From UHGV virus genome UHGV-1339304: DNA of 12,750 nucleotides, one strand, 5' to 3'. Source of the stretch: a virus. Below the pieces are notes generated by a model. That model worked only from the letters and a program-made list of their open reading frames with translations, was not told where the DNA came from and searched no databases. Shown piece by piece: positions 6,193-12,473 of this stretch; the first letter of the stretch is position 1, and the number at the start of each line of letters is the position of its first letter. Position numbers and translations under genes: made by a program.

Positions 6193-6421
6193 ATGAATCA
6201 GACATACATTCCATCATNNNNNNNNNNNNNNNNNNNNNAAGCAGAAAGCAAAGCCCCGCAAGCAAGCCATAAAGGACGCTAAGGCAGAGGTTATTGATCA
6301 AGCAATACAATTGCTCAGGGAGGAGTTAAGAAGTGGCAAGCTCGAAGGAATGATGATGCCCTATCAGCGCGGATATCTATCGGCGATTAGTAAGTTGGAA
6401 GTATTGAAGAGTGAATTATGA
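6193..6421 (+). CDS. hypothetical protein interrupted by an N-run (frame across the gap unverifiable)
   Basis: ATG 6193 opens MNQTYIPS before the gap. After the gap only one frame is open (from 6239), reading KQKAKPRKQAIKDAKAEVIDQAIQLLREELRSGKLEGMMMPYQRGYLSAISKLEVLKSEL and stopping at 6419..6421. With 21 Ns as written the two frames do not match. Confidence 0.3.
6218..6238. other. run of 21 N (masked or unresolved bases)
   Basis: Literal n characters in the sequence. Confidence 1.
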
Positions 6422-6483
6422 ACTATCTGGAATTTCCGGATGGTTCATTGTTTTGGCAGCAAACCACTTATTTGAGGTGATAT

Positions 6484-6735
6484 ATGGAGTTTCATGAAAG
6501 TGCGATTTGTGATTTTCGCGCTAACGCAAATTCAGTAAAACCACAGCCAATTGCAGTTCTTTTTAAAACAATGGGTGCGTGGGCTGTTTTATGCTTCGCC
6601 TCTGATGACACTGACGCAAGAATGGCAATAGGCCAAGAGATGGAGATGGACCCGACAAACGATGAATTCATAATTTATGGCGCTCCATCTAATTACTTAC
6701 TTGATACCTGCAACATTTACAACAAGGCTGCCTGA
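6484..6735 (+). CDS. hypothetical small acidic protein
   Basis: 83 aa ORF with a strong GAGGTGA SD 5 nt upstream of the ATG. Confidence 0.55.
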   Translation: MEFHESAICDFRANANSVKPQPIAVLFKTMGAWAVLCFASDDTDARMAIGQEMEMDPTNDEFIIYGAPSNYLLDTCNIYNKAA

Positions 6736-6871
6736 TGGTGGCCTTTATTTTTGGCATAAACAACAGAATAAACATTGCACTGTGTATTCATTCCAACGAG
6801 TGAATACACGGAGCAATGTCGCTCGTAACTAAACAGGAGCCGACTTGTTCTGATTATTGGAAATCTTCTTT

Positions 6872-6897
6872 GCCCTCCAGTGTGAGGGCTTTTTTTT
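6872..6897 (+). terminator. strong intrinsic terminator within the pL operon (tL-like)
   Basis: GCCCTC-CAGTGT-GAGGGC followed by eight T. Confidence 0.7.
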
Positions 6898-6910
6898 AAC
6901 GGAGTAAACG

Positions 6911-7159
6911 ATGATAAAAACTGATTATCCTGCAGAACTTAAACAAAAAGTAATAACAGCAATTAAATGCTCTTTTATCTCATGTCGTACAGATGAAGAA
7001 CGACATGTCGTTGAGTGTGCAATTGTCGAGTTTCTCACAGCGATGGAATTTACCGCAGCAGAATCAATAGACGTATTAAAGCAATCAGACGGAAATGATA
7101 TTGAAACAGATGATGTTATTGACCGGCTAATAAAATCATTCGAAGAAGAAATAGAGTAG
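6911..7159 (+). CDS. hypothetical small acidic protein (Ral-slot)
   Basis: 82 aa with GGAG SD 6 nt upstream. D/E-rich C-terminal half. The antisense ORF 6925..7200 is Ser-rich and was rejected. Confidence 0.6.
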   Translation: MIKTDYPAELKQKVITAIKCSFISCRTDEERHVVECAIVEFLTAMEFTAAESIDVLKQSDGNDIETDDVIDRLIKSFEEEIE

Positions 7160-7190
7160 CCGCCTGAGCGCGGCTTTACCGCATACCAAT

Positions 7191-7216
7191 AACGCTTCAC
7201 TCGAGGCGTTTTCGTT
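7191..7216 (+). terminator. candidate intrinsic terminator
   Basis: AACGCTTC-actc-GAGGCGTT (8 bp with one G-U pair) running into TTTTCGTT. A weaker GCCGC-ctgagc-GCGGC hairpin lies at 7159..7174. Confidence 0.4.
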
Positions 7217-7242
7217 ATGCAATCAAATATAAGGAGTTACCC

Positions 7243-7377
7243 ATGATGCACTTTCAGCTCGCGGGTAGCGGCGTCATGTCCGCTTTCTACCCGCACGAAT
7301 CTGAATTATCACGCCGAGTTAAACAATTAATCAGAGCAGCAAAGAAACAACTGGAGGCGTTATGCGCAATGAAATAG
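7243..7377 (+). CDS. cIII: CIII-like (FtsH/HflB inhibitor)
   Basis: 44 aa with AAGGAG SD. HFQLAGSGVMSAFYPHESELSRRVKQLIRAAKKQL follows the lambda CIII pattern (QYAIAGWPVAGCPSESLLERITRKLRDGWKRL). Overlaps the next gene as cIII overlaps kil in lambda. Confidence 0.6.
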   Translation: MMHFQLAGSGVMSAFYPHESELSRRVKQLIRAAKKQLEALCAMK

Positions 7378-7514
7378 CCATCAATCACCAGATGCTTCGT
7401 GCTGCACAGAACAAAGCAGTAATAGCCAGATTTATTGGTGATTCCAAAATGTGGCTTGAAGCAAATAAAGCGATGAAATCAGCTATCAACCTTCCGTGGT
7501 ATCGCAGGAAATGA
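7362..7514 (+). CDS. Kil-like small protein (candidate host cell-division inhibitor)
   Basis: 50 aa (MRNEIAINHQMLRAAQNKAVIARFIGDSKMWLEANKAM...). The call rests mainly on position directly after cIII with overlap, as for lambda kil. Confidence 0.4.
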   Translation: MRNEIAINHQMLRAAQNKAVIARFIGDSKMWLEANKAMKSAINLPWYRRK

Positions 7515-7669
7515 GTTTTACAGATAACTGGTCAGACGAAGAATTCATTCGTCAGATGAAAGAATTAATCGGTAACGAAGGAGATATTCATGTCACTTGC
7601 AACCACAGTGAAGGAGAGCAAGTTACAGAGACGCATGTACACGCAGAAAGCTCTCTGGTATCGCCATAA
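7511..7669 (+). CDS. hypothetical 52 aa protein
   Basis: ATG overlaps the previous stop (ATGA). Weak SD. Overlaps the next candidate ORF out of frame. Confidence 0.3.
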   Translation: MSFTDNWSDEEFIRQMKELIGNEGDIHVTCNHSEGEQVTETHVHAESSLVSP

Positions 7670-7760
7670 TGGCGACCGCGAAGGAATGCGGGTATGCCTT
7701 AATTTGTCCCGAGTAGAAGTATTAAATCAGCGTTATTTCCTTGGGCCATGTCCATTCTGA
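7590..7760 (+). CDS. hypothetical 56 aa protein
   Basis: AAGGAG SD 5 nt upstream of ATG 7590. Overlaps 7511..7669 by 80 nt in another frame. Confidence 0.35.
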   Translation: MSLATTVKESKLQRRMYTQKALWYRHNGDREGMRVCLNLSRVEVLNQRYFLGPCPF

Positions 7761-7770
7761 GAACAATAAT

Positions 7771-8376
7771 ATGAGCAAAGAATTTTACGCAAGGCTGGCA
7801 GCTATTCAGGAGAATCTGAACGCGCCAAAGAATCAATACAACTCATTCGGCAAATATAAATACAGAAGCTGCGAAGACATTCTTGAGGGTGTTAAGCCGT
7901 TACTGAATGGCCTGTTTTTATCAATCAGCGATGAAGTTGTGTTGATTGGTGATCGGTATTACGTGAAAGCAACGGCAACTATTACTGATGGCGAAAACAG
8001 TCATACAGCAACCGCTCTTGCACGAGAGGAAGAAAGCAAGAAAGGAATGGATTCTGCACAAGTTACGGGAGCTACAAGCTCTTATGCACGCAAGTATTGC
8101 CTCAATGGTTTGTTCGGCATTGATGATGCGAAAGATGCAGATACCGACGAGCATAAACATCAGCAGAACGCAGCAGCAAAGCAGTCAAAACCATCACCTA
8201 CACCTGAACAGGTTCTAAAAGCATTCACTGACGCAGCAATGCAGAAAAACACCGTAGAAGAGCTTAAACAGGCGTTCGCCAAAGCATGGAAGATGCTCGA
8301 AGGCACACCGGAGCAGCACAAAGCGCAGGACGTTTACAACATCAGACGAGACGAATTAGAAGGAGCGGCTGCTTAA
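7771..8376 (+). CDS. erf: Erf-family single-strand annealing recombinase
   Basis: 201 aa from ATG 7771 (the ORF-track start at 7741 is an upstream TTG). The N-terminus MSKEFYARLAAIQENLNAPKNQYNSFGKYKYRSCEDILEGVKPLL and the ATSSYARKYCLNGLFGIDD block match what I recall of the ERF family (P22 Erf type). Confidence 0.7.
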   Translation: MSKEFYARLAAIQENLNAPKNQYNSFGKYKYRSCEDILEGVKPLLNGLFLSISDEVVLIGDRYYVKATATITDGENSHTATALAREEESKKGMDSAQVTGATSSYARKYCLNGLFGIDDAKDADTDEHKHQQNAAAKQSKPSPTPEQVLKAFTDAAMQKNTVEELKQAFAKAWKMLEGTPEQHKAQDVYNIRRDELEGAAA

Positions 8377-8759
8377 TGGCACATTCGATTACTGTAAGAC
8401 TAAACAAGCCCGCAAGAGAGTTTCAGGCCGGGGAAAATATCGGATTCAACATCCGTGCTGGCGTTCAGTATTACGATCGCCAGACAAAAAAGAAAGAATG
8501 GACAAACTACAGCGCCGTTGTATTTGCCAAGCCGGGAGCGCAAGCGGATTACTACCGTAGCGTTCTTGTTGAAGGTGGCATTGTAGAAATTACCGGAGAA
8601 AACATCAGGGTTGATGTTTATCAGGGGCAAAATGGTCAATCAATCACTCTTGAATTACTGAATGCAAAGATTGGATTTGCAACTTCAGGAAACAGCCAAC
8701 AGCAGCAAAGTAGCAATCATCAAAATCATCCTGAATACGACGATTCAATTCCCTTCTAA
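8376..8759 (+). CDS. ssb: single-stranded DNA-binding protein (SSB-like, OB fold with acidic tail)
   Basis: 127 aa from ATG 8376 (AAGGAG SD; overlaps the erf stop). The C-terminal ...PEYDDSIPF is the SSB-type D-D-x-I-P-F tail. The longer ORF-track version from 8286 overlaps erf. Confidence 0.65.
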   Translation: MAHSITVRLNKPAREFQAGENIGFNIRAGVQYYDRQTKKKEWTNYSAVVFAKPGAQADYYRSVLVEGGIVEITGENIRVDVYQGQNGQSITLELLNAKIGFATSGNSQQQQSSNHQNHPEYDDSIPF

Positions 8760-8782
8760 AGTAGCAACATAAGGATTCCATT

Positions 8783-9079
8783 ATGCCAGCGCCTCTGTAT
8801 GGTGCGGATGACCCGCGCCGCTGTTCCGGCAATTCCGTATCGGAGGTGCTGGATAAATTCAGGAAAAACTACGATCGAATAATGTCGCTACCGCAGGAAA
8901 CGAAAGAGGAAAAGGAATTTCGCCATTGTATATGGCTTGCAGAGAAAGAAGAACGAGAGCGAATTTACCAGACATCAATCCGACCATTCCGCAAAGCCAC
9001 ATATACCCACTTCCCTGAATATATCGACCCGCGCCTGCGTAATTACCGCTCACGCTATGGCGCTATCAGTAATGACTGA
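8783..9079 (+). CDS. hypothetical protein (ea-region accessory gene)
   Basis: 98 aa ORF with AAGGA SD. Confidence 0.5.
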   Translation: MPAPLYGADDPRRCSGNSVSEVLDKFRKNYDRIMSLPQETKEEKEFRHCIWLAEKEERERIYQTSIRPFRKATYTHFPEYIDPRLRNYRSRYGAISND

Positions 9080-9089
9080 GGAATTAACA

Positions 9090-9293
9090 ATGAAAACAAT
9101 GAAGCTAAACATCGACCTCGGAAAATACGTTATTACCGGAACCAAACACGACCTGATTCTTAGTGAAAGAGGAATTATCAAAGAAGGTGAGAATGCAGGT
9201 AAAGAAACACTAAGCCGTATCGGTTATTACAGCAAGTTTGAGCATCTGGTTAAAGAATTATGCAACCGTGAAATCCTGTTATCTCAGGCGTAG
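9090..9293 (+). CDS. hypothetical 67 aa protein
   Basis: ATG 9090 with GAGG SD. The ORF-track version from 8937 is an in-frame upstream extension overlapping the previous gene. Confidence 0.5.
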   Translation: MKTMKLNIDLGKYVITGTKHDLILSERGIIKEGENAGKETLSRIGYYSKFEHLVKELCNREILLSQA

Positions 9294-9376
9294 ACGCTAC
9301 AGGATATTCAGCAACATATCGAGACTTTAGGTGTGTCACTTAGCATGGCTATTGACCAGTTCGTGGAGAGTAAATC

Positions 9377-9541
9377 ATGAGAGGACTTGCATACAATCCA
9401 GGCATTCTTCCGGCAGAAATGATTATTCGCCAACGCGTAAAGCCAATGCCATCGAGAGAGGAATTACTTAAGAGAAATAGTTTCGGTTCTGTTAATGACA
9501 ACAAATATCTGAATGCTATGTGGCGGAGTGGGAAGAAATGA
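9377..9541 (+). CDS. hypothetical 54 aa protein
   Basis: ATG 9377. Its stop overlaps the next start (ATGA at 9538..9541). Confidence 0.4.
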   Translation: MRGLAYNPGILPAEMIIRQRVKPMPSREELLKRNSFGSVNDNKYLNAMWRSGKK

Positions 9542-9963
9542 AACTAATGTCACTAATTGAGATGGATGGTTTTCTGAAAGGTAAATGCTTACCACGAGAT
9601 TTAAAGGTTAACGAAACAAACGCTGAATATCTGGTGCGTAAATTTTCTGAAGCGGAGGCTAAGTGTGCGGCGCTGGCGGCGGAGAATGCGGCGCTGAAGT
9701 CTGGCGCTATGGGCGAAATCGAGGTTATCAACCGTGGAGGGCAGGCATATTGCGTAAAAGATGGAGTGCAAGTTAATCCCATGTATGCAAGAGGGTGGAA
9801 TGACTATCGCGCAAAGTCTCTGCAATCAGACACCCCAGCCACCGATGCTTTCCTGGATGAAGTACGTGCGCAGGGCGTGGATATGGCTCGTAACGCGATG
9901 ATTGATTTTGTCGATGNNNNNNNNNNNNNNNNNNNNNNCCAAACAAGAACGTTCCGGGGCTGA
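9538..9963 (+). CDS. hypothetical protein interrupted by an N-run
   Basis: ATG 9538 with GGAG SD (the ORF-track start at 9520 is a GTG). Alanine-rich, coiled-coil-like middle ([20 protein letters not shown]). Continuity across the 22-N gap to the stop at 9961..9963 is assumed, not shown. Confidence 0.4.
   Translation: MKLMSLIEMDGFLKGKCLPRDLKVNETNAEYLVRKFSEAEAKCAALAAENAALKSGAMGEIEVINRGGQAYCVKDGVQVNPMYARGWNDYRAKSLQSDTPATDAFLDEVRAQGVDMARNAMIDFVDXXXXXXXXQTRTFRG
9917..9938. other. run of 22 N (masked or unresolved bases)
   Basis: Literal n characters in the sequence. Confidence 1.
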
Positions 9964-10021
9964 TTAGAGGCGCAGAGATATGCGTAAGTATTGCTGAACA
10001 GCTTCGCAAAGGAGGCAACCA

Positions 10022-10325
10022 GTGACTGTATGTCTTATTGATAAACGTCGACGTGGACAACAAATACCATCTGTTGAAATGCCGAATCACACATGGTTTT
10101 GCGTACTTGATATCGATGGTATGGATAAGTTTGTTGACACTCGTCATTACTNNNNNNNNNNNNNNNNNNNNNNNNNNNNNNNNNNNNNNNNNNNNNNNNN
10201 NNNNNNNNNNNNNNNNNNCTCCACCTGATGGTTGGTGCAATGGGAATGATCGAGATTGGCACGAAAAAATGAAGGGCTATATCTGCGATTTTTTACGTAA
10301 ATGCAACGGCTTCAGGGTGATGTGA
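10022..10325 (+). CDS. hypothetical protein interrupted by a 67-N run
   Basis: GTG 10022 preceded by AAGGAGG at a 6 nt spacing. A 43-codon open frame reaches the gap. After the gap an open frame ends at 10323..10325 (…PPDGWCNGNDRDWHEKMKGYICDFLRKCNGFRVM). Whether these are one protein cannot be decided. Confidence 0.3.
10152..10218. other. run of 67 N (masked or unresolved bases)
   Basis: Literal n characters in the sequence. Confidence 1.
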
Positions 10326-10326
10326 C

Positions 10327-10995
10327 ATGAGCAAGATTGACTATCAGGCACTGCGTGAAAAGGCAGAGAAAGCAACGTGTGGTGTGTGGTCGCTCGAATA
10401 TGGAGAGGGCCGATTTGATGGTGATGATGCACTAATTCATCGCGAGGCTGCTGGGTATATTCCCATTTGCAGAATTGAAGGAGCGCATCCAGAAAGCGGT
10501 TTCGATGAAGATTTCCAAATGGAACAGCAGGCCAATGCTGAATTCATCGCCGCAGCCAGTCCAGCTACCGTGCTGGCGCTGCTGGATGAACGGGAAAGAA
10601 ACCAGCAATACATCAAATGCCGCGACCAGGAGAACGAGGATATTGCGCTAACGGTAGGGAAGCTGCGCGTTGAGCTGGAAGGCAAAGACAAGCTGATTGC
10701 AGAGCTTAGAAAACAATGCGCTGAATGGGAGCGAAAAGCATTAAGCAACTTTGAAGAGTGTGCTGCGATGGCTGAACGTATCGAAAAGATGAGTAAGCAA
10801 AGTTGCGAAGCCCGGGAGCGTGATTTGTTTGAATCATGGGTAATGCATTCAATTTGTATCTCCAAATCGACGCTTGAAGGATTGCGCACCGAAACTGGAT
10901 ACCGTAACGCAACCTTATCAGGAACAGACTTCAACCGCATGTGGGAACAATGGAAATCTATCCGCGCCGCTGGCATTCGCATCAAAGGAGAGTGA
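10327..10995 (+). CDS. Ea22-like accessory protein with central coiled coil
   Basis: 222 aa. The N-terminus MSKIDYQALREKAEKATCGVW resembles the Ead/Ea22-like prophage proteins as I recall them. Heptad-like ALTVGKLRVELEGKDKLIAELRKQCAEWERKAL segment. Confidence 0.5.
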   Translation: MSKIDYQALREKAEKATCGVWSLEYGEGRFDGDDALIHREAAGYIPICRIEGAHPESGFDEDFQMEQQANAEFIAAASPATVLALLDERERNQQYIKCRDQENEDIALTVGKLRVELEGKDKLIAELRKQCAEWERKALSNFEECAAMAERIEKMSKQSCEARERDLFESWVMHSICISKSTLEGLRTETGYRNATLSGTDFNRMWEQWKSIRAAGIRIKGE

Positions 10996-10996
10996 T

Positions 10997-11611
10997 ATGA
11001 GCGCTATAACCAAAGAACGTATCGAATTATTCATTAAAAATCCGCTTGATAACGGACTTACCCGTGGCGAACAAATGGAACTGGCACTAATTGCACTGGC
11101 ATCACTGGAACGCGAACAGATTCGCCACGAGCATGCCAAATGGTCTGACTCCACATTTGGCTGCGTTGGCTCCATTGGCCCACTGAAACACCTCTCAAAA
11201 GAGGCACTGGAAGCCGCAGCCGAACCAGACGATCTTAGCGAGTGGGTTGATATGCAGTTTCTGTTGTGGGATGCACAGCGCCGTGCTGGCATCAGCGATG
11301 CTGAAATTACCGCTGCTATGGAAGATAAATTGAAGATCAACATGGAGCGCCAGTGGCCTGAGCCAAAAGATGGTGAGCCTCGCTTGCACATTAAAGAACC
11401 CGGCAACTATCCGGTAACTCCGGATGGTTGGATAAGCTGTAGTGAGCGAATGCCGAACGACGCGCAGTGGTGCGTAGTGAACACAAAATACGGGTATTAC
11501 GTGCAATGCTGGTCTGAAGGTCAAGGGTGGCTTGGTGATGATATCAGCATCCCTGAATGCGATGTAATCAATTGGATGCCGCTACCGGAACCGCCGCAGG
11601 AGGTGAAGTGA
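10997..11611 (+). CDS. two-domain DUF550/DUF551-type prophage protein (N-terminal MazG-like nucleotide pyrophosphohydrolase-type domain, C-terminal DUF551-like domain)
   Basis: 204 aa from ATG 10997 (AAAGGAGAG SD; the ORF-track start at 10874 overlaps the previous gene). The C-terminus ...VINWMPLPEPP and PDGWISCSERMP match the DUF551 signature as I recall it. The N-terminal helical region resembles DUF550. Domain names are from memory, not a search. Confidence 0.55.
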   Translation: MSAITKERIELFIKNPLDNGLTRGEQMELALIALASLEREQIRHEHAKWSDSTFGCVGSIGPLKHLSKEALEAAAEPDDLSEWVDMQFLLWDAQRRAGISDAEITAAMEDKLKINMERQWPEPKDGEPRLHIKEPGNYPVTPDGWISCSERMPNDAQWCVVNTKYGYYVQCWSEGQGWLGDDISIPECDVINWMPLPEPPQEVK

Positions 11612-11889
11612 TGGACGCCTTCGCGAAATATACGATTATTGACTGGATAGCCTTCCTTCAGGTTTTGCTCATCTGGTTTTATATGGCTTACAGGAGTGGA
11701 CAGTGGATTGTCAGTGTAGCCTGTAGCAAGGGATGGCGTTGGTGGAACCGAAAGAATAAAAAAGCGCTGGCCTTGGATTCGTTTTACGAAGCATTCAATC
11801 TTAACAGTCTTCAGCCTGGTTCTGTCATTGTAGTCACCACTCAAAGCGGCATGACCATTCAGATTCATAAACCAAAAGAGGAAAAATGA
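11611..11889 (+). CDS. hypothetical small membrane protein (ea8.5 position)
   Basis: 92 aa from ATG 11611 (GGAGGTG SD; overlaps the previous stop). N-terminal hydrophobic segment IIDWIAFLQVLLIWFYMAY. Confidence 0.5.
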   Translation: MDAFAKYTIIDWIAFLQVLLIWFYMAYRSGQWIVSVACSKGWRWWNRKNKKALALDSFYEAFNLNSLQPGSVIVVTTQSGMTIQIHKPKEEK

Positions 11890-11975
11890 TGTGGCCTATA
11901 TGTGTTAATTGCGGACGGATGTGCCTATCTGGATGGTGCCGAAAGTGCGACAAATGCACGAAGAAAAGACAATAA
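11886..11975 (+). CDS. 29 aa Cys-rich mini-ORF (possible zinc-ribbon peptide)
   Basis: MMWPICVNCGRMCLSGWCRKCDKCTKKRQ with AGAGGA SD. Overlaps the previous stop. Below the ORF-track cutoff. Confidence 0.3.
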   Translation: MMWPICVNCGRMCLSGWCRKCDKCTKKRQ

Positions 11976-12047
11976 CAATCCTCGCACTCGCGGGGATTTC
12001 TTTTATCTGAACTCGCTACGGCGGGTTTTGTTTTATGGAGATGATAA

Positions 12048-12215
12048 ATGCACTTCCGAGTCACAGGTGAATGGAATGGAGAGCCATTCGACAGGGTTAT
12101 CGAAGCAGAGAACATCAACGACTGCTATGACCACTGGATGATATGGGCGCAGATAGCGCATGCAGACGTAACCAATATTCGAATTGAAGAACTGAAAGAA
12201 CACCAAGCCGCCTGA
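12048..12215 (+). CDS. 55 aa hypothetical protein in the position of the lambda 55-codon ORF upstream of xis
   Basis: ATG 12048 with GGAG SD, giving MHFRVTGEWNGEPFDRVIEAENINDCYDHWMIWAQIAHADVTNIRIEELKEHQAA. As far as I recall, the 168 nt length and the 39 nt spacing to xis are the same as in lambda. Confidence 0.5.
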   Translation: MHFRVTGEWNGEPFDRVIEAENINDCYDHWMIWAQIAHADVTNIRIEELKEHQAA

Positions 12216-12230
12216 TGGCGGTTTTTTCTT
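12207..12230 (+). terminator. intrinsic terminator-like hairpin just upstream of pI and xis
   Basis: CCGCC-TGAT-GGCGG followed by TTTTTTCTT. The stop codon of the 55-aa ORF lies in the loop. Confidence 0.45.
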
Positions 12231-12242
12231 GCGTGTAATTGC
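12229..12242 (+). promoter_or_regulatory. pI-type CII-binding motif TTGC-N6-TTGC upstream of and overlapping the xis start region
   Basis: TTGCgtgtaaTTGC at 12229..12242, with the xis ATG at 12255. This matches the lambda pI arrangement, where the CII-dependent transcript starts inside xis. Confidence 0.55.
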
Positions 12243-12254
12243 GGAGACTTTGCG

Positions 12255-12473
12255 ATGTACTTGACACTTCAGGAGTGGAACGCACGCCAGCGACGCCCAA
12301 GAAGCCTTGAAACAGTTCGTCGATGGGTACGCGAGTGCAGGATATTCCCTCCTCCGGTTAAGGATGGAAGAGAGTATCTGTTCCACGAATCAGCGGTAAA
12401 GGTTGACTTAAATCGACCAGTAACAGGTAGCCTTTTGAAGAGGATCAGAAATGGGAAGAAGGCGAAGTCATGA
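12255..12473 (+). CDS. xis: excisionase Xis
   Basis: 72 aa, MYLTLQEWNARQRRPRSLETVRRWVRECRIFPPPVKDGREYLFHESAVKVDLNRPVTG.LLKRIRNGKKAKS. Essentially identical to lambda Xis as I recall it. Overlaps int. Confidence 0.9.
   Translation: MYLTLQEWNARQRRPRSLETVRRWVRECRIFPPPVKDGREYLFHESAVKVDLNRPVTGSLLKRIRNGKKAKS

Noticed and set aside
6925-7200. Minus-strand 91-aa ORF antisense to the acidic protein gene
   Set aside because: Ser-rich low-complexity translation with no SD; the plus-strand ORF has a good SD and fits operon polarity.
7921-8832. ORFs 7921..8160 (-), 7988..8218 (+), 8400..8639 (-) and 8644..8832 (-) inside or against erf and ssb
   Set aside because: They overlap recognisable erf and ssb genes in alternative frames or on the opposite strand.
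8286-11611. Longer ORF-track versions with upstream starts (8286, 8937, 10874, 11557; likewise 2710 and 7741)
   Set aside because: The upstream extensions overlap the preceding gene and begin at non-ATG or SD-less codons. Internal ATGs with good SDs at 8376, 9090, 10997, 11611, 2695 and 7771 were preferred.
10437-12386. Long minus-strand ORFs 10437..10985, 10918..11406, 11195..11524, 11521..11868, 11834..12118 and 12033..12386
   Set aside because: All are antisense to the plus-strand ea, xis and int genes, which have SDs, coupled starts and recognisable products. Several are Ser/Ala/Cys-rich in the way shadow frames usually are.
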